Under the pieces are notes generated by a model that saw nothing but the letters and a program-made list of their open reading frames with translations, was not told where the DNA came from and did no database searches. The position numbers and the translations under genes were made by a program. Source: Macrostomum lignano (taxonomy: Eukaryota). From it: DNA of 64,000 bases. Below are positions 1 through 11,439 of the stretch, piece after piece (the first letter of the stretch is position 1; every line of letters starts with the position of its first letter). The DNA is taken from NCBI GenBank assembly GCA_002269645.1, contig NIVC01000019.1:310001-374000 (forward strand), given 5' to 3'.

Positions 1-745
1 TCTTGTCTCTCTCTAGTCTCTCTCTAGTCTCTCTCTAGTCTCTCTCTGGCCTCTCTAGTCTCTCTCTGGCCTCTCTCTAGTCTCTCTCTAGTCTCTCTCT
101 GGCCTCTCTAGTCTCTCTCTGGCCTCTCTCTAGTCTGTCTCTCTCTGGCCTCTTTCTTGTCTCTCTCTGGCCTCTCTAGTCTCTCTCTGGCATCTCTCTA
201 GTCTCTCTCTGGCCTCTTTCTTGTCTCTCTCTAGTCTCTCTCTAGTCTCTCTCTAGTCTCTCTCTGGCCTCTCTATTCTCTCTCTAGTCTCTCTCTAGTC
301 TCTCTTAGGCCTCTTTCTTGTCTCTCTCTGGCCTCTCTAGTCTAGCCTATTCTAGTGTTTTCTACTGGTTCTCCCTCTAGTGCTTACTGGCCTCTCTCTA
401 GTCTCTCTCTGGCCTCTCTCTAGTCTCTCTCTGGCCTCTTTCTTGTCTCTCTCTGGCCTCTCTAGTCTCTCTCTGGCCTCTCTAGTCTCTCTCTGGCCTC
501 TCTAGTCTCTCTCTAGTCTCTCTCTGGCCTCTCTTTAGTCTCTCTCTAGTCTCTCTCTAGTCTCTCTCTAGTCTCTCTCTGGCCTCTCTTTAGTCTCTCT
601 CTAGTCTCTCTCTAGTCTCTCTCTAGTCTCTGTAGTCCCTCTCTAGTCCTCTAGTCTCTCTTTAGTCTCTCTCTTTAGTCTATATCTATTCTCTCTCTAG
701 TCTCTCTCTAGTCTCTTCTGTCCTAGTCACTCCTCAGTTTCTAGT
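1..745. repeat. Low-complexity CT-rich tandem array (~11-bp units ctctctctagt / ctctctctggc)
   Basis: The two unit variants repeat continuously from base 1 to ~745. Confidence 0.95.
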
Positions 746-804
746 CTCACTCTCTAGATTTCTTCCACGATGTCGTTAAGCAGTTTTATAAAACCATCGC
801 TCAC

Positions 805-2669
805 AATCCGAGTGTTCATCAGGTGGGCTTCGGCTTCATCGCGTCGCACGTCGACATAGTAGCGCTGTTGAACCAGTGGCCGGAGCCGCGGCGCCTCCGG
901 CTGCTTTGCCGGCGACTGGCCGGTTCCAGCGCTGAAACTGCCGCCCAACTGCTCCGGCCGTCCCGGCAGAGTCGCGCTGGTGAAATCGGTGCCGCCTCCG
1001 CTGCAGCCGCCGAACGAAGAAGGACCAAACGAGGAGTTTCGCCGCGGCATGGGCGGCCTACCGCCGCCGTTGCTGATTTCGGGAGCTGTCGGTACCCGCG
1101 CTGGCGGCGACTGAAGATGCTGAGGGTACGGCAGGTGAGAATTGCCAATGCCGGGAGACGGCTGCGATCTGTGTGCTCCGATGCTGAAATTTATTGAGTA
1201 GTTAAGTTAATTGAGTCAGTAATCTCCAGTGTTGACACTGCAGTAGGGCTCGGATGGGACGGCGGAATTTGACTGCAGGCTACGGAGCAATGTCTTATCA
1301 TGCATGGCTTTTAGCTATTTTTTACCTGAAACAGTTACAGTCAGGATGTCTGTGCCGCTATTTAGGATCAATGTCGGATTCTCGACATCGGATTCCGTGC
1401 GATTGACAATTGGCACATCATATGGATAAGTAGCCTGAATTTTACTGGAGGGATAACCCTGATGCTGTGCCTATGCAACAATTTACTTTTCCATAAGCCG
1501 AGTTTCTGTTCACTATCCATCAACTGTACACTTGCCTTTGCGAGTAGGGCTTGGCATTGATAATCAATCGAAACACAACTCCGTTGACACCTTGGATGAC
1601 ATTCTTAGTCAGGTAGTCCATCAGCTGAGACATAGAGTCGAACAGCTAAAAATGGATGGTACAATTATTCCTATATAGACTCAAGATAGAATAGCCAAAT
1701 TACTCACAACACCGTGCTGAAGACACTCACCATTTCAATTTTAGCTTCACCCAAGAAAAACTGACCATTGCTGCTGCGCTGAATTTTCACGTGCTTCGTC
1801 TCGCCGCCGTGCAGGAACGAGATGCAGTAGGGACTGCCGCTTCCCGGCCGAACAATGTAGGCGCCTTCCTGCAATGTTTTTTTCACCGGGGGACTTGAAA
1901 GACTGAGCCCACAGACTGGGAGTACAGTTGTCCAACGGTTCCTAGCATCGATAAACATGTCCGGGATTTATCTGATTGCAGAAACCAACTGCAATCTGAC
2001 ACGTAGTAAGGTACGTACTCGTATGTACTGTCAACTCATTGGAGAGGAGACATCGTCCCCTGCTTATTGGCCGCCCCAAAGGGGGTCGGGGCACTACTCG
2101 TAGATTGCGAGTCCTATATACTAAAAATGAGTTGTCTGCATGCATATGGGTAGGTATGTGATGGATTTCAGAAAAAACGGCTCAACCGATTTAAAAGGTC
2201 AGCTCTGCCCTCATTGCAAACTCCATATAACCAACTTTTGGGGGCCTGTAACATTTACAAGAACTTGTCCGGCTTTGCTTCTTCTGGTTTCTTTAGGGAT
2301 GTGCTCAAAAGAATAACTACAAATATGCTGAATAACTTGAATGATAGTAAAACCAGCCTTAGAATTATGCAGACGCGATTATACTTGACATTTTAGCTCG
2401 TAAAACCCAGAAGTCCTCGCCAAAAATACCATTTGAACCGCCTCCAGAGCCTCCAGGGCTTCAGTGCGCGTCAGGTTGCAGAAGTAGTCGTCAAGGAACT
2501 TTCTATCCTCAACTAAGCTGCCGCGAAAATCGCCATAAGTTGTCGAAGAGGGACGGAAAGTTGAGCCGCCCGTAGGCTGCGGAGACGGCTGCTCGGGCGA
2601 TTCGTCTGCGAACTCAGGCGGCGGTGGAGGCAAATCTGCGAAGTCGGAGTCGCCGAAGTCGCCGAACAT
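805..2669 (-). CDS. Multi-SH2-domain adaptor protein, partial (3' exons probably beyond the left edge)
   Basis: Exons 2669-2430, 1868-1731, 1645-1536 and 1183-805 join in frame. SH2-1 reads YFCNLTRTEALEALEAVQM|EGAYIVRPGSGSPYCISFLHGGETKHVKIQRSSNGQFFLGEAKIEM|LFDSMSQLMDYLTKN, after an acidic/Pro-rich N-terminus. A second SH2 starts YYVDVRRDEAEAHLMNTRI|. Intron 3 needs a GC donor. If the 805 donor is unused the frame stops at 754. The start ATG at 2669 is a best guess. Confidence 0.8.
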
Positions 2670-3742
2670 TTTTGGCAAGCTGTTGGGCAGCTCTGCGAGC
2701 GCGTGCGAAAATTCAACCAGATATTGAAAACAATGCTGCTTTGGCTTCGCTGCGAGTGGCAAAACGTTTATGTTAGAAGAATTGGCACACCAAACTGTAT
2801 GTTAGGCTGGATTCTGCGTAAACATGGATAGACATGATTCTAAAAACTCTAGCCTGTCAGTTGTGCATGCAGGGGTGTACTTCGATCCATATCTGGTAAA
2901 CATTGGTAGCCATTAGTGTGTTTCAATTCAACCGCAGGATTTCAAGCGCAGATGCTGAGGCTGGTTTGGACCGTGCCAACCTGCATTTCTGCTTCGACTG
3001 ATGTGCGTTTGCTTGAAATGTGTGATTTTTAATCGCATTTACGACAATTCGCGGCTGAACTGGCAGCGAAGTCCGGTTCTGAAAGCCAGTTTCTGAAAGC
3101 TTAATTTAGCTTGAAACCTGAACTTCCAAACAGCGAGTAAATTTAATAAAATTTGCACTGCATTTTCGTCCGCCTAATCTGTCAAGATAATCATTTTATA
3201 CCTAAAACGATTCATGAATCGCCTGAGTCTCATACCCATAGTCTCATCAATGACCACTAGAAGTTACCACTTCTAGAAGAAGATGAACATCTAGTGGTCC
3301 TTGACAGATCCGCATTAAAAATTATACAAAATAACTATGATTAATAGTCTCTTATTGTATTTAAGGTTTGTAGGCTCATGCATTTGCAATGGAAGATGTC
3401 ATTTATTTTGACATACATTGGGCTAATCAAGGTATATTTTACTATAGAAGCAAATATTGCTCCGAGACAATCAAAAAGTTTGTTTGCTTGTTTGCTCGGG
3501 GTGGGCTGCGGGCTGTGACTTTCTCATTGTCAGGTAGTTGACACACGTTGTCCTGAGGGTTGGCTCTTCTGAGGTGCATCGAGTGGCATTCGAACCAACC
3601 AGAGGAACTTTTGGGCGAGAGCCAAATGCCCGAATCTGTTTCTGTTTTGCAGGTAGTAAATAGAACTTTGTTGTCTCAAAGACAAAGAAAGTACAAGTAC
3701 GCATGCACTAGCCCCAACCACTGCTCTCAAACATCTGTCACT

Positions 3743-5212
3743 CTACAGTATATTAAGTTCAGCAACGAGGCGCCTCCCGTGCAGCAGTCGCAGCCGCCAC
3801 TTCCTCACATCTGCCTTCACGCCGCTGTCGTTCTTCCTCTCGTTGAGGTGCGCGAACACGTGATAGGCGTGCGACTCGGCTGGGTCCAGCGGTGGGTTGG
3901 CGAAGCCGTGCTGCTCAAAGCGGCGACACTCGTCCTCGAACTCGACGCTGTTGAACAGCCGGTCCAACGGGCTTCGGGTGCACAGGAAGCGGAAGCGGGC
4001 TCTCAACTCAAGCGTGCTGTTGTCGTAGAACGGTAGGAACTGCACTGGCGGGGGCAGGTGCGGACACCAAGGTCCGGGACAGCCTTCATCTTGATGCGCC
4101 TGCGGATGCACAAGAGGTGAGCAAAGAAAGCGGTCTCACTGTCTCAAGGTTAACCCTAAAACACACCTGAGCAATTAGTGATTACCTGCTGAAACATGAG
4201 CGCGGCCTCCGTGAGCGGCACCGGTCCCGTCATCACGACGGCAAGCAAGGTGCTTCGTCTCGGCTTCTTGCCGGCCAGAGTCTGTTGCAGCCGGTGCAGG
4301 TAGAACATCCAGAACGGATGCTGCGGAGCGCTGTACATGATAGCGTTGCTCACCAACCGGCGCATGTGGAAGTGGTTCAGCGCGTGCAGGTAGGGCTCCA
4401 GCGGCAAGATCAAAGCGTGTTTGGCGGCCTGCCGGTCCGCCCGGCTTAGGCAGCCGGTGTCGAGGTCGGCGTACCAGCCACCCATGGCGTGCAGCACGAA
4501 GGCTCTGGCGGCGTCCGATCGCTCCATGTAGTTGGACAGCTGTCGGTAGTACATGTCCTGCCAGGCTGGGTAGCGGCTACTGATCAGCAGGTCGATCTCT
4601 ACGTCCGTCCAGAAATACATTTGGTAGTCCGGGTACACCTTTCTGTATGGCGCATGGGTGCATGAAGTTCAAATTGCAGCACGAGAGTATGCTTATTATT
4701 TTTAGCTGTGTTTGTAATTCTAAGGCTGTGAAGCATGGTAAGCTTTTTGAGAAGGTTCATGCACGTGACAATTATTTAAAGTCATGTGTGACAAACAAGA
4801 TAAAAAATCTGTCGTGTCAGCCAAGGACTCTACTTGTGTATCTTAGGCTAAGCAATGACCACACTGCTCTGGTGATTGCTGAAGCACGCATTAGCTTGAG
4901 GTGTTGTCTTGGCTTCCCCAATCCGAGTCAGAAAGGGGGCTCTCGCATCCCTCAGGAGCAGCTCGGGGTAGCGCGTCGTTCGTCCTTGGCCTCGTCTTCG
5001 CGGGCCCTCCGCCGTCCATAACAGCAGGTCATGTAACAGGGCTCGCGGTAGCGACTCTCCGACAGAGTAACTTAACCAGCCAGCTTGAATCGCTCAATTT
5101 GCTGACTTTTTTTGAGAATTTCGGCCCAAAAGTGTGCGTTCTGACACCTCCCCCGTTGTGGCCACTCGTGGCCGGCGAGTGGTGTATTTGTTGTAGTTGT
5201 TGTTGTTATTGT

Positions 5213-5244
<32 letters not shown>

Positions 5245-5787
5245 GGTGGTGGCGGTGGTGGTGTTGGTGGTGGTGGCGGTGGTGGTGGTGGTGGTGGTGG
5301 TGGTGGTGCTGTTGGTGGTATTGTTTCAGATGGAAAGCATCACATTGTTCCTCTAGATCTTGCAGTTACAGTGACTCGATTACACTAGCCAAATAGAGTA
5401 AACTTACCTCCAAGAAGAGAGCAGTGACTTGAAGTGCGCGTCAACCTGAAAGCTCTTGTACATGAAGTGAATTTTCTTCACCACAGGTGGAGCGACGTCC
5501 CTTGCAGAGCTGCCAAAATGAAGTTGGAGCGAAAAATGCGTTGAGATTTCGCTTCTCTCCATCAGCGACAGCCTCACCTCCTGATGCAGAGCAACGAGGC
5601 TGCTGCGCCCATCATCAATGCGAATTTGACTCTTAATCAGCATCATGACAGCGCAGGAAAGCAGGACTAAGGAGAACAGCAGGGCGGATAAGTGGAAGTG
5701 CCACAACCGGTAGGCCAATAAGGAGGAATTTAAACGGATCAAGAGACTGCTCAGATTGGTTCTCGAAGTCTCGGAGGCCGATCGCAT
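3743..5787 (-). CDS. Glycosyltransferase family 32 (DXD, Gly_transf_sug), SUR1/CSH1/OCH1-like type II membrane protein
   Basis: Exons 5787-5408, 4642-4186 and 4099-3743 with GT-AG junctions, in frame. N-terminal TM (LSALLFSLVLLSCAVMMLI), VKKIHFMYK...SSWR|KVYPDYQMYFWTD, ERSDAARAFVLHAMGGWYADLD (DXD) and VSNAIMYSAPQHPFW. Confidence 0.88.
4870..5110 (-). mobile_element. RTE-clade LINE 3' fragment (decayed) in intron 1 of the GT32 gene
   Basis: Frameshifted translation RFKLAG*V...HDLLLWTAEGPRRRGQGRTTRYPELLLRD resembles the RTE ORF C-terminus (RLRLAGH...LLW.P..G.RRRG..RTTY.D.L.RD). Confidence 0.5.
5188..5322. repeat. (GTT)n/(GGT)n trinucleotide microsatellite
   Basis: Direct observation; lies in intron 1 of the GT32 gene. 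Confidence 0.95.
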
Positions 5788-7440
5788 GGCGAGTGCCTTG
5801 AGCTCTTTGACAGTAAGTACAATGTGAGCTATCGATTTTGATTTGACCACTTGTGCAGTTGGTAACTCAGTGGCTGAGCGACCCTGCAGTGAAGTCTTCT
5901 CCTCCAAATATATATATACTCGTAAAGCTGTCCGATTTGAACTAAATGAAACTCAAACTGTTCTCATGCAACCAGCACGTGGGTCTACAAATCTGGGTTG
6001 CAACTTGCAAGCACTGCTTGCAGGCACGTTGTCTACGAGTTATTATTTAAATTGCCAGGGTAAACATGCTCAATTGTTTGGCATCGGCTCGGGGAGAGTA
6101 GCACACTTTATCGCCAAAGCTACTCGAACTACGCACAACCTATTAGCTCTCTGAGACTGTCTCCTCTTCTCTCACCACCATTTGCCATTCTCTTCGGTGC
6201 GAAAAGAGTTGCAAAGCTGGGCGGCATGAAGAAAAAGAGAAAGTTTTTTTCTTGCAAGAAAATGAGAATTTTTTTGCGTTTTAATGATAATAGAAAATGA
6301 ATTAAGTGAGCAAAGATCGCACTTTTTCTTGCTAGAAAGTCTTGGAAATCGAGAGAAATTTGCTCATGCCTTTTAAAGATGGTATCTTGACTTTCCAGAA
6401 AATCATCTTTATATGAACATCGTTTCTATTTTCTTAGCTTTGAAAGAATTTCTGTTAAGATTTTCTCAGCTTTTAATCATGTCGGATTGGGTGACAAATA
6501 AATGCATATTTACTGGCAAAGACAAATATAGGCAAAGCTATTACTATAAATAGCTTTTTATTAACCCATGAAGCAGTGGTCATGCCAACAATTGCCTCAC
6601 AAATACTCGTAGGTAGAAGTTAATTTAGCCGCGTAGCTTCTTTCTTCCGGGGGGGGGGCTACAAATTTTGCCATCGTGCCTCACTGCCTGCATTTTAGAG
6701 TTAATGGTAGCCTATTTTCAGATACGAGCCTGCACACCTGGCCTTTTTATTGATTAGGAAAGTCTGCAGCGATCGGTCATCGCCAGGCCTGAATGAAGGC
6801 ATTTTTGCCAACACCTAATGCCGGTAAATTTCTTGTACTGTATGCAGGTCAGAATTGAAGAAATCAAAGCACATCTTACAGCTCAGCTATACCATCAGTA
6901 GGAATCACAGATACTAAAATAACTACATGTAGATGGGCTACTGAGGCACGTCGCATATACTAAGTAAAACAGCTTTCTACTTTCAGTTCAGTAGCAAAGA
7001 AGAATACATAAGCTATTTTATAAAAGTAAAGGCAGCTGAAATGACTTTGATAAGTTTAGAAGCCCAACAAGCTTGCAGGCGTAAACAACTTGCTAATTGG
7101 TTCAGCAGTAATGTACATTAGCCAGTCCACTGAAATGTACATGGCTGCTTTAGGCTGGAATTCCGAGAAAGGCAATAAAAATTGGGGCAGGTCGGGGGGG
7201 GGGGGTAGTGTGGAAAAACGCGGTTGGAGCGAGGGTTTACGCTAAGGGGGCAAGAGCCAATAAATTGAGCCTTTGCTTTTAAAATACATTAAAAAGCTCT
7301 GTTTAACTTACTACTGAACTGAAAGTAGCTCACACGCAAATGTGCGGAGTGGCCCATCTAGTTATTCTAGTATCTGTGATGGTAATGAAGAACGGTGATT
7401 GTGTTAGTGTCAGGACTAATTTTGAAAATAATACGAGCGT

Positions 7441-7550
7441 GCCATATTGAGTGACAGGATGCCATATTGAGTGACAGGATGCCATATTGAGTGACAGGAT
7501 GCCATATTGAGTGACAGAATGCCATATTGAGTGACAGGATGCCATATTGA
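7441..7550. repeat. 20-bp tandem repeat (gccatattgagtgacaggat) x5.5
   Basis: Near-perfect head-to-tail copies with no spacers. Confidence 0.95.
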
Positions 7551-7659
7551 GGATAATTAGAGTTTTCGTAGGAAGCGCCTCAAATTATAATTTTGAAACA
7601 CTACTAAAAGTAGTCTAAATTTGAAAAAACCGCTCAGCGCAAGAATTAGTTGACAAAAA

Positions 7660-7801
7660 CGGTTGCAGCCAATGATGAAGCGGCCTTTTCTATTGGCGAA
7701 TTGAGGCGTCCGTTGCCAAGCCAGGAGAATTAGTCCTGATTTCGCCAGTTAGGCAAACTTGCGAAAAATAAAGCCCCTTCGCTGCTTCAACCTATCTGCA
7801 G
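7660..7801 (+). promoter_or_regulatory. Putative proximal promoter / 5' acceptor of the Rac-like gene (region between divergent GT32 and Rac genes)
   Basis: CCAAT at 7669-7673 and ATTGG at 7692-7696; acceptor-like cctatctgcag ending 7801, ~50 nt before the ATG. Confidence 0.3.
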
Positions 7802-7853
7802 ATCGAGCTTTATTATTAAACCACTGACGGCCAACTGGGTTTCATCCGCGATC

Positions 7854-10800
7854 ATGCAGTCTATCAAGTGCGTGGTTGTCGGCGACGGAGCGGTGGGCAA
7901 GACCTGCCTGTTGATCTCGTACGCCACCAACCAGTTCCCGGACGAGTACATTCCCACCGTGTTCGACACCTACAGCGCCAATGTCATGGTGCAGCAGAAG
8001 TCTGTCAACCTGTGCCTGTGGGACACCGCTGGTGAGATTGCAGTGAAGTATTGGTTGTCGGTGGCGTGACTGAAGTTAAAGGTAGATAGGGGAAGCGAGA
8101 GGGAGAGTCAGGGAAAGGTGAGAGTAGAGAGGGAAGTGGTAAGAGTAGAAGGAAAGTGGAGATGCAAGTAGAGAGAAGAGAAGGTGAGATTAGAGAGAAG
8201 GGGAGGTGAGAGTAGAGAGAGCCAGAGGGGGTGAGAGTAGAGAGAGGGGGAGGTGAGATTAGAGCCAGTGGAATGTGAGAGTAGAGAGAGGGGAGGTGAG
8301 ATTAGAGCCAGTGGAATGTGAGAGTAGAGAGAGGGGAGGTGAGATTAGAGCCAGTGGAATGTGAGAGTAGAGAGAGGGGGAGGTGAGATTAGAGCCAGTG
8401 GAATGTGAGAGTAGAGAGAGGGGAGGTGAGAGTAGAGCCAGTGGAATGTGAGAGTAGAGAGAAGGGGAAGGTGAGAGTAGAGCCAGAGGGGGTGAGAGTA
8501 GAGAGAAGGGGAAGGTGAGAGTAGAGCCAGAGGGGGTGAGAGTAGAGAGAAGGGGAAGGTGAGAGTAGAGCCAGTGGAATGTGAGAGTAGAGCCAGCTTT
8601 GAGTAGGAGCGTAAAAGTATAATGTTATATCTAGAGAACTTAGTATAAGGCTTTATAGTACATTTATATCGAAGCATTGAATTTGTGAATCTATGTAATT
8701 GAGTACGTCATTGATTAATAATTTAAGAGGAAGCAGCATTTTAACGGCACAAATAAACAATAGTCAGAGGTCTACTATACTGCCTATGCTCTGTTTCTTG
8801 CAGAAGATGAAACTTTTTACGATTAGGAGATAAACACGTTTGGCGAGATAGGGGATCCAGTTGGGAATCAATTGGACTGCAAGGTGTCCGCCAGCAAGCT
8901 GGTCAAACACCGGAATAGAACGACAGATTAAAAATGCACTTTTTGTTCGTCTGTAGCTGTGGGTGTCTTTCGTCGGGCGAGGGCATGGACTTCTAATAGC
9001 AACACCTGAACTGGAGTCAAAGTCAAACGAGGAAGCAGACTTTCAGAAGATTTTACTTTTTATTCGTTCTAATTCTCTAAAACCTGCAATATCGCTTTAA
9101 TTCGATAGAGGTTTCCAATCCAGATATGTTTTGCTTCCAAGAAGAATCGCAGTCCATGCGCGCGTGCAAGACCGGGCCAAAGGAAACGCCTCAGAGATCT
9201 TTGGTGCGGGCAACATCTGCCGCTAGCCTAGCTGACGCGCTTGCACTCGCGGGGGTGCTGGTGTGGCCCAAGGCTTGGAAGCAATTGAACTGGCGGGGGG
9301 GTCCGGGCCGCCTCTCGCCTTCTGCATGACTATTAAATTCAAGTCAGGCGGGCCCTGCATGTCTTTTTTTAGCCATGGGGGGTGGGGGCGCACGGGATTA
9401 AGGATAAGCGGGCCGAGTTGGGGGGCTAAGCTGGGGGAGGGGGGAAGGGCAGGGAAAGGCTGAGGCTTTCCAGTTCTGGCTCGATGCCAATGGGAAATAT
9501 GAGGATCTGAAGATTAGAGCTAGAGAAGGTCAGCCCCGATTATTATTGAGCTCGATTATTAATATTATTAATTATTAAGAGCTTGATTGCGAGCTTGTCC
9601 GATTGTGTGCGGATCGTGCAAACTCAAGGCTGCCTATGCAAGCAATGAACTCTGCATCAGTAGGTAGGCTGACCTGGCAAAGGACTGCCGGGAGTTTACC
9701 TTTTGTCAAGAGTTCCTAGCATTTCTCGTAATTCATTATTGAGTCCAGCTGCAAGGTGGAGACTGTGGAGTAGAGAGAGCTACATGCATATGGCGAACAC
9801 CGAAAAACCCACCTGAACCGGAAGGGCAATATATTTTCCATTGGATATTTGTACTTTAGATACCAGTATCAGATGCGTGTTGATGTCAAATAGATTCGTA
9901 GAAATGACACGAAGATTCAATCTAGCCTAGTGGGCTTGTAGCCCAGTGGTTGGAGCGTCGATATCACGACTGAAAGGTCGGGGTTCAATTCTCGACCCAC
10001 TCGAAACAATTTGCGTCCTTGAGCAAGGCACTTTACATTGCTTCAGTTCACGCAGCTGTAAAATGAGTGCCAAAATAAATGACCGCCCAGTCCTTGGACT
10101 GAACAGCCGTACGCAGCCTTCAGATGCGCCGCATAATAGCTGCGGCTGAGCTGTCGGTTGCACATCTGCCCATTAGCGCAGATGTAATAAAAATTGATCT
10201 CTAGGAGTGATCTCTCACTAGTTTCAAGAGAGATCTCTAGTAGATTCAGGGTGATCTCATCGAGATTTGGAAAGATCTCTGAGAGATTCGCAGAGAGATC
10301 TCAATGAGATTATGGGAAAAAGCACATTAAGATCTGTGGAGGTCTCAAAGAGGTTCGATAAGATCCAAGGCAGATTCAGAGAGATCTCAGTACCACACTG
10401 TTCATCACACGTTTCAACCTCGGGATCCAGGTCAGGAAGAGTACGACCAGTTGCGGATTCTGAGCTATCCGCAGACCGACGTGATGATCATCTGCTTCTC
10501 GCTGGACAACCCGGTCAGCTGTGACAATGTCCGCTCCAAGTGGGTGCCGGAGGTCCGACACTACGCGCCGAACACCCCGATCCTGCTGGTGGGCACCAAG
10601 CGCGACCTCAGGGAAGACCCAGCTACAGTGGAACGGCTGAAGGCCAAGAATCGGAGCCCTGTGTCGACACTGAAGGTGAGTTTTTAGATTGTACAGGTGG
10701 TGGTGCACAATGAATTTGCATTAATTTGGTTAAATTATCGTTCGACGGATGCATGACCTAATGAGTCAAATGCTGGTGAAGATATGTTTACCAAAGTAGC

Positions 10801-11439
10801 GGAGCTTTTGTCTATGGTAGCAAGCCTACACTGCAGCAGTTTATTTGGTTGATCATGAGCTACAATGTGGTACAAGGTGACGTCAAAAATGCAATCTGCT
10901 TACATCTAACTATGAGCATTTTAGCCTGGTCGAAAGAAGCCCTTGGCGTTCGTTCGACAGTCTTAGCACATAGTCCACGATTCTTGGGCTAATCTTGATC
11001 CTTCACAGCCGTTGCAAATGAAGCATTACTTTCGTCCGCACTGCTTGTGACATGAAAATCTACGGGTGAAACTTTAAAGCCGTTATGGACCAAATTGAAT
11101 TCTGCAGTGCCAAGCCTCGCTATTATAGACAAAAGCTCCGTTTCTTTGGCAAACATATTCAATATCTTGGATTAAATTAAATTCAATGCGTAAGCCTAAA
11201 TGGGCTTGACAAAAGTGCACCTTTTACTTACAAAGTTTCAGCTAAAGTACACACCTGAATAATGCTATAAAAACTAGGGCACGGCTCTGGCAAAGGAGGT
11301 CCGAGCCGTCCGCTACCTCGAATGCTCCTCCAAGCTGCAGCACGAGGTCAAGGCCGTGTTCGATGAGGCCATTCGAATCGTGCTGACGCCCGGCCCGCAG
11401 AAGAAGGAGCAAAGAAAGAAGGACTGCGCCATGCTGTAG
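7854..11439 (+). CDS. Rac: Rho-family small GTPase, Rac/RhoG-like, with CAAX box
   Basis: Exons 7854-8031, 10431-10675 and 11278-11439 in frame. [23 protein letters not shown] (P-loop), YIPTVFD (switch I), WDTAG|QEEYD (G3), VGTKRD (G4), YLECSSK (G5), C-terminal [12 protein letters not shown]. Confidence 0.95.
8085..8595. repeat. AG-rich minisatellite (~40-45-bp units, gagagtagagagaggggaggtgagattagagccagtggaatgt) in Rac intron 1
   Basis: Direct observation. Confidence 0.9.
9928..10190 (+). mobile_element. tRNA-derived SINE in Rac intron 1
   Basis: A-box-like tagcccagtgg, B-box-like ggttcaattc, central gtccttgagcaaggcacttt...gctgtaaaatgagt segment typical of conserved-domain SINEs, and an aataaaaa tail. 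Confidence 0.7.

Noticed and set aside
1326-1434. Minus-strand cassette translating as ATYPYDVP..., resembling the HA epitope tag
   Set aside because: Only YPYDVP matches, there is no vector context, and including the cassette breaks the SH2 gene frame. Coincidence.
9928-10000. tRNA gene
   Set aside because: It has A/B boxes but I could not fold a convincing cloverleaf, and it continues into a SINE body and A-rich tail.
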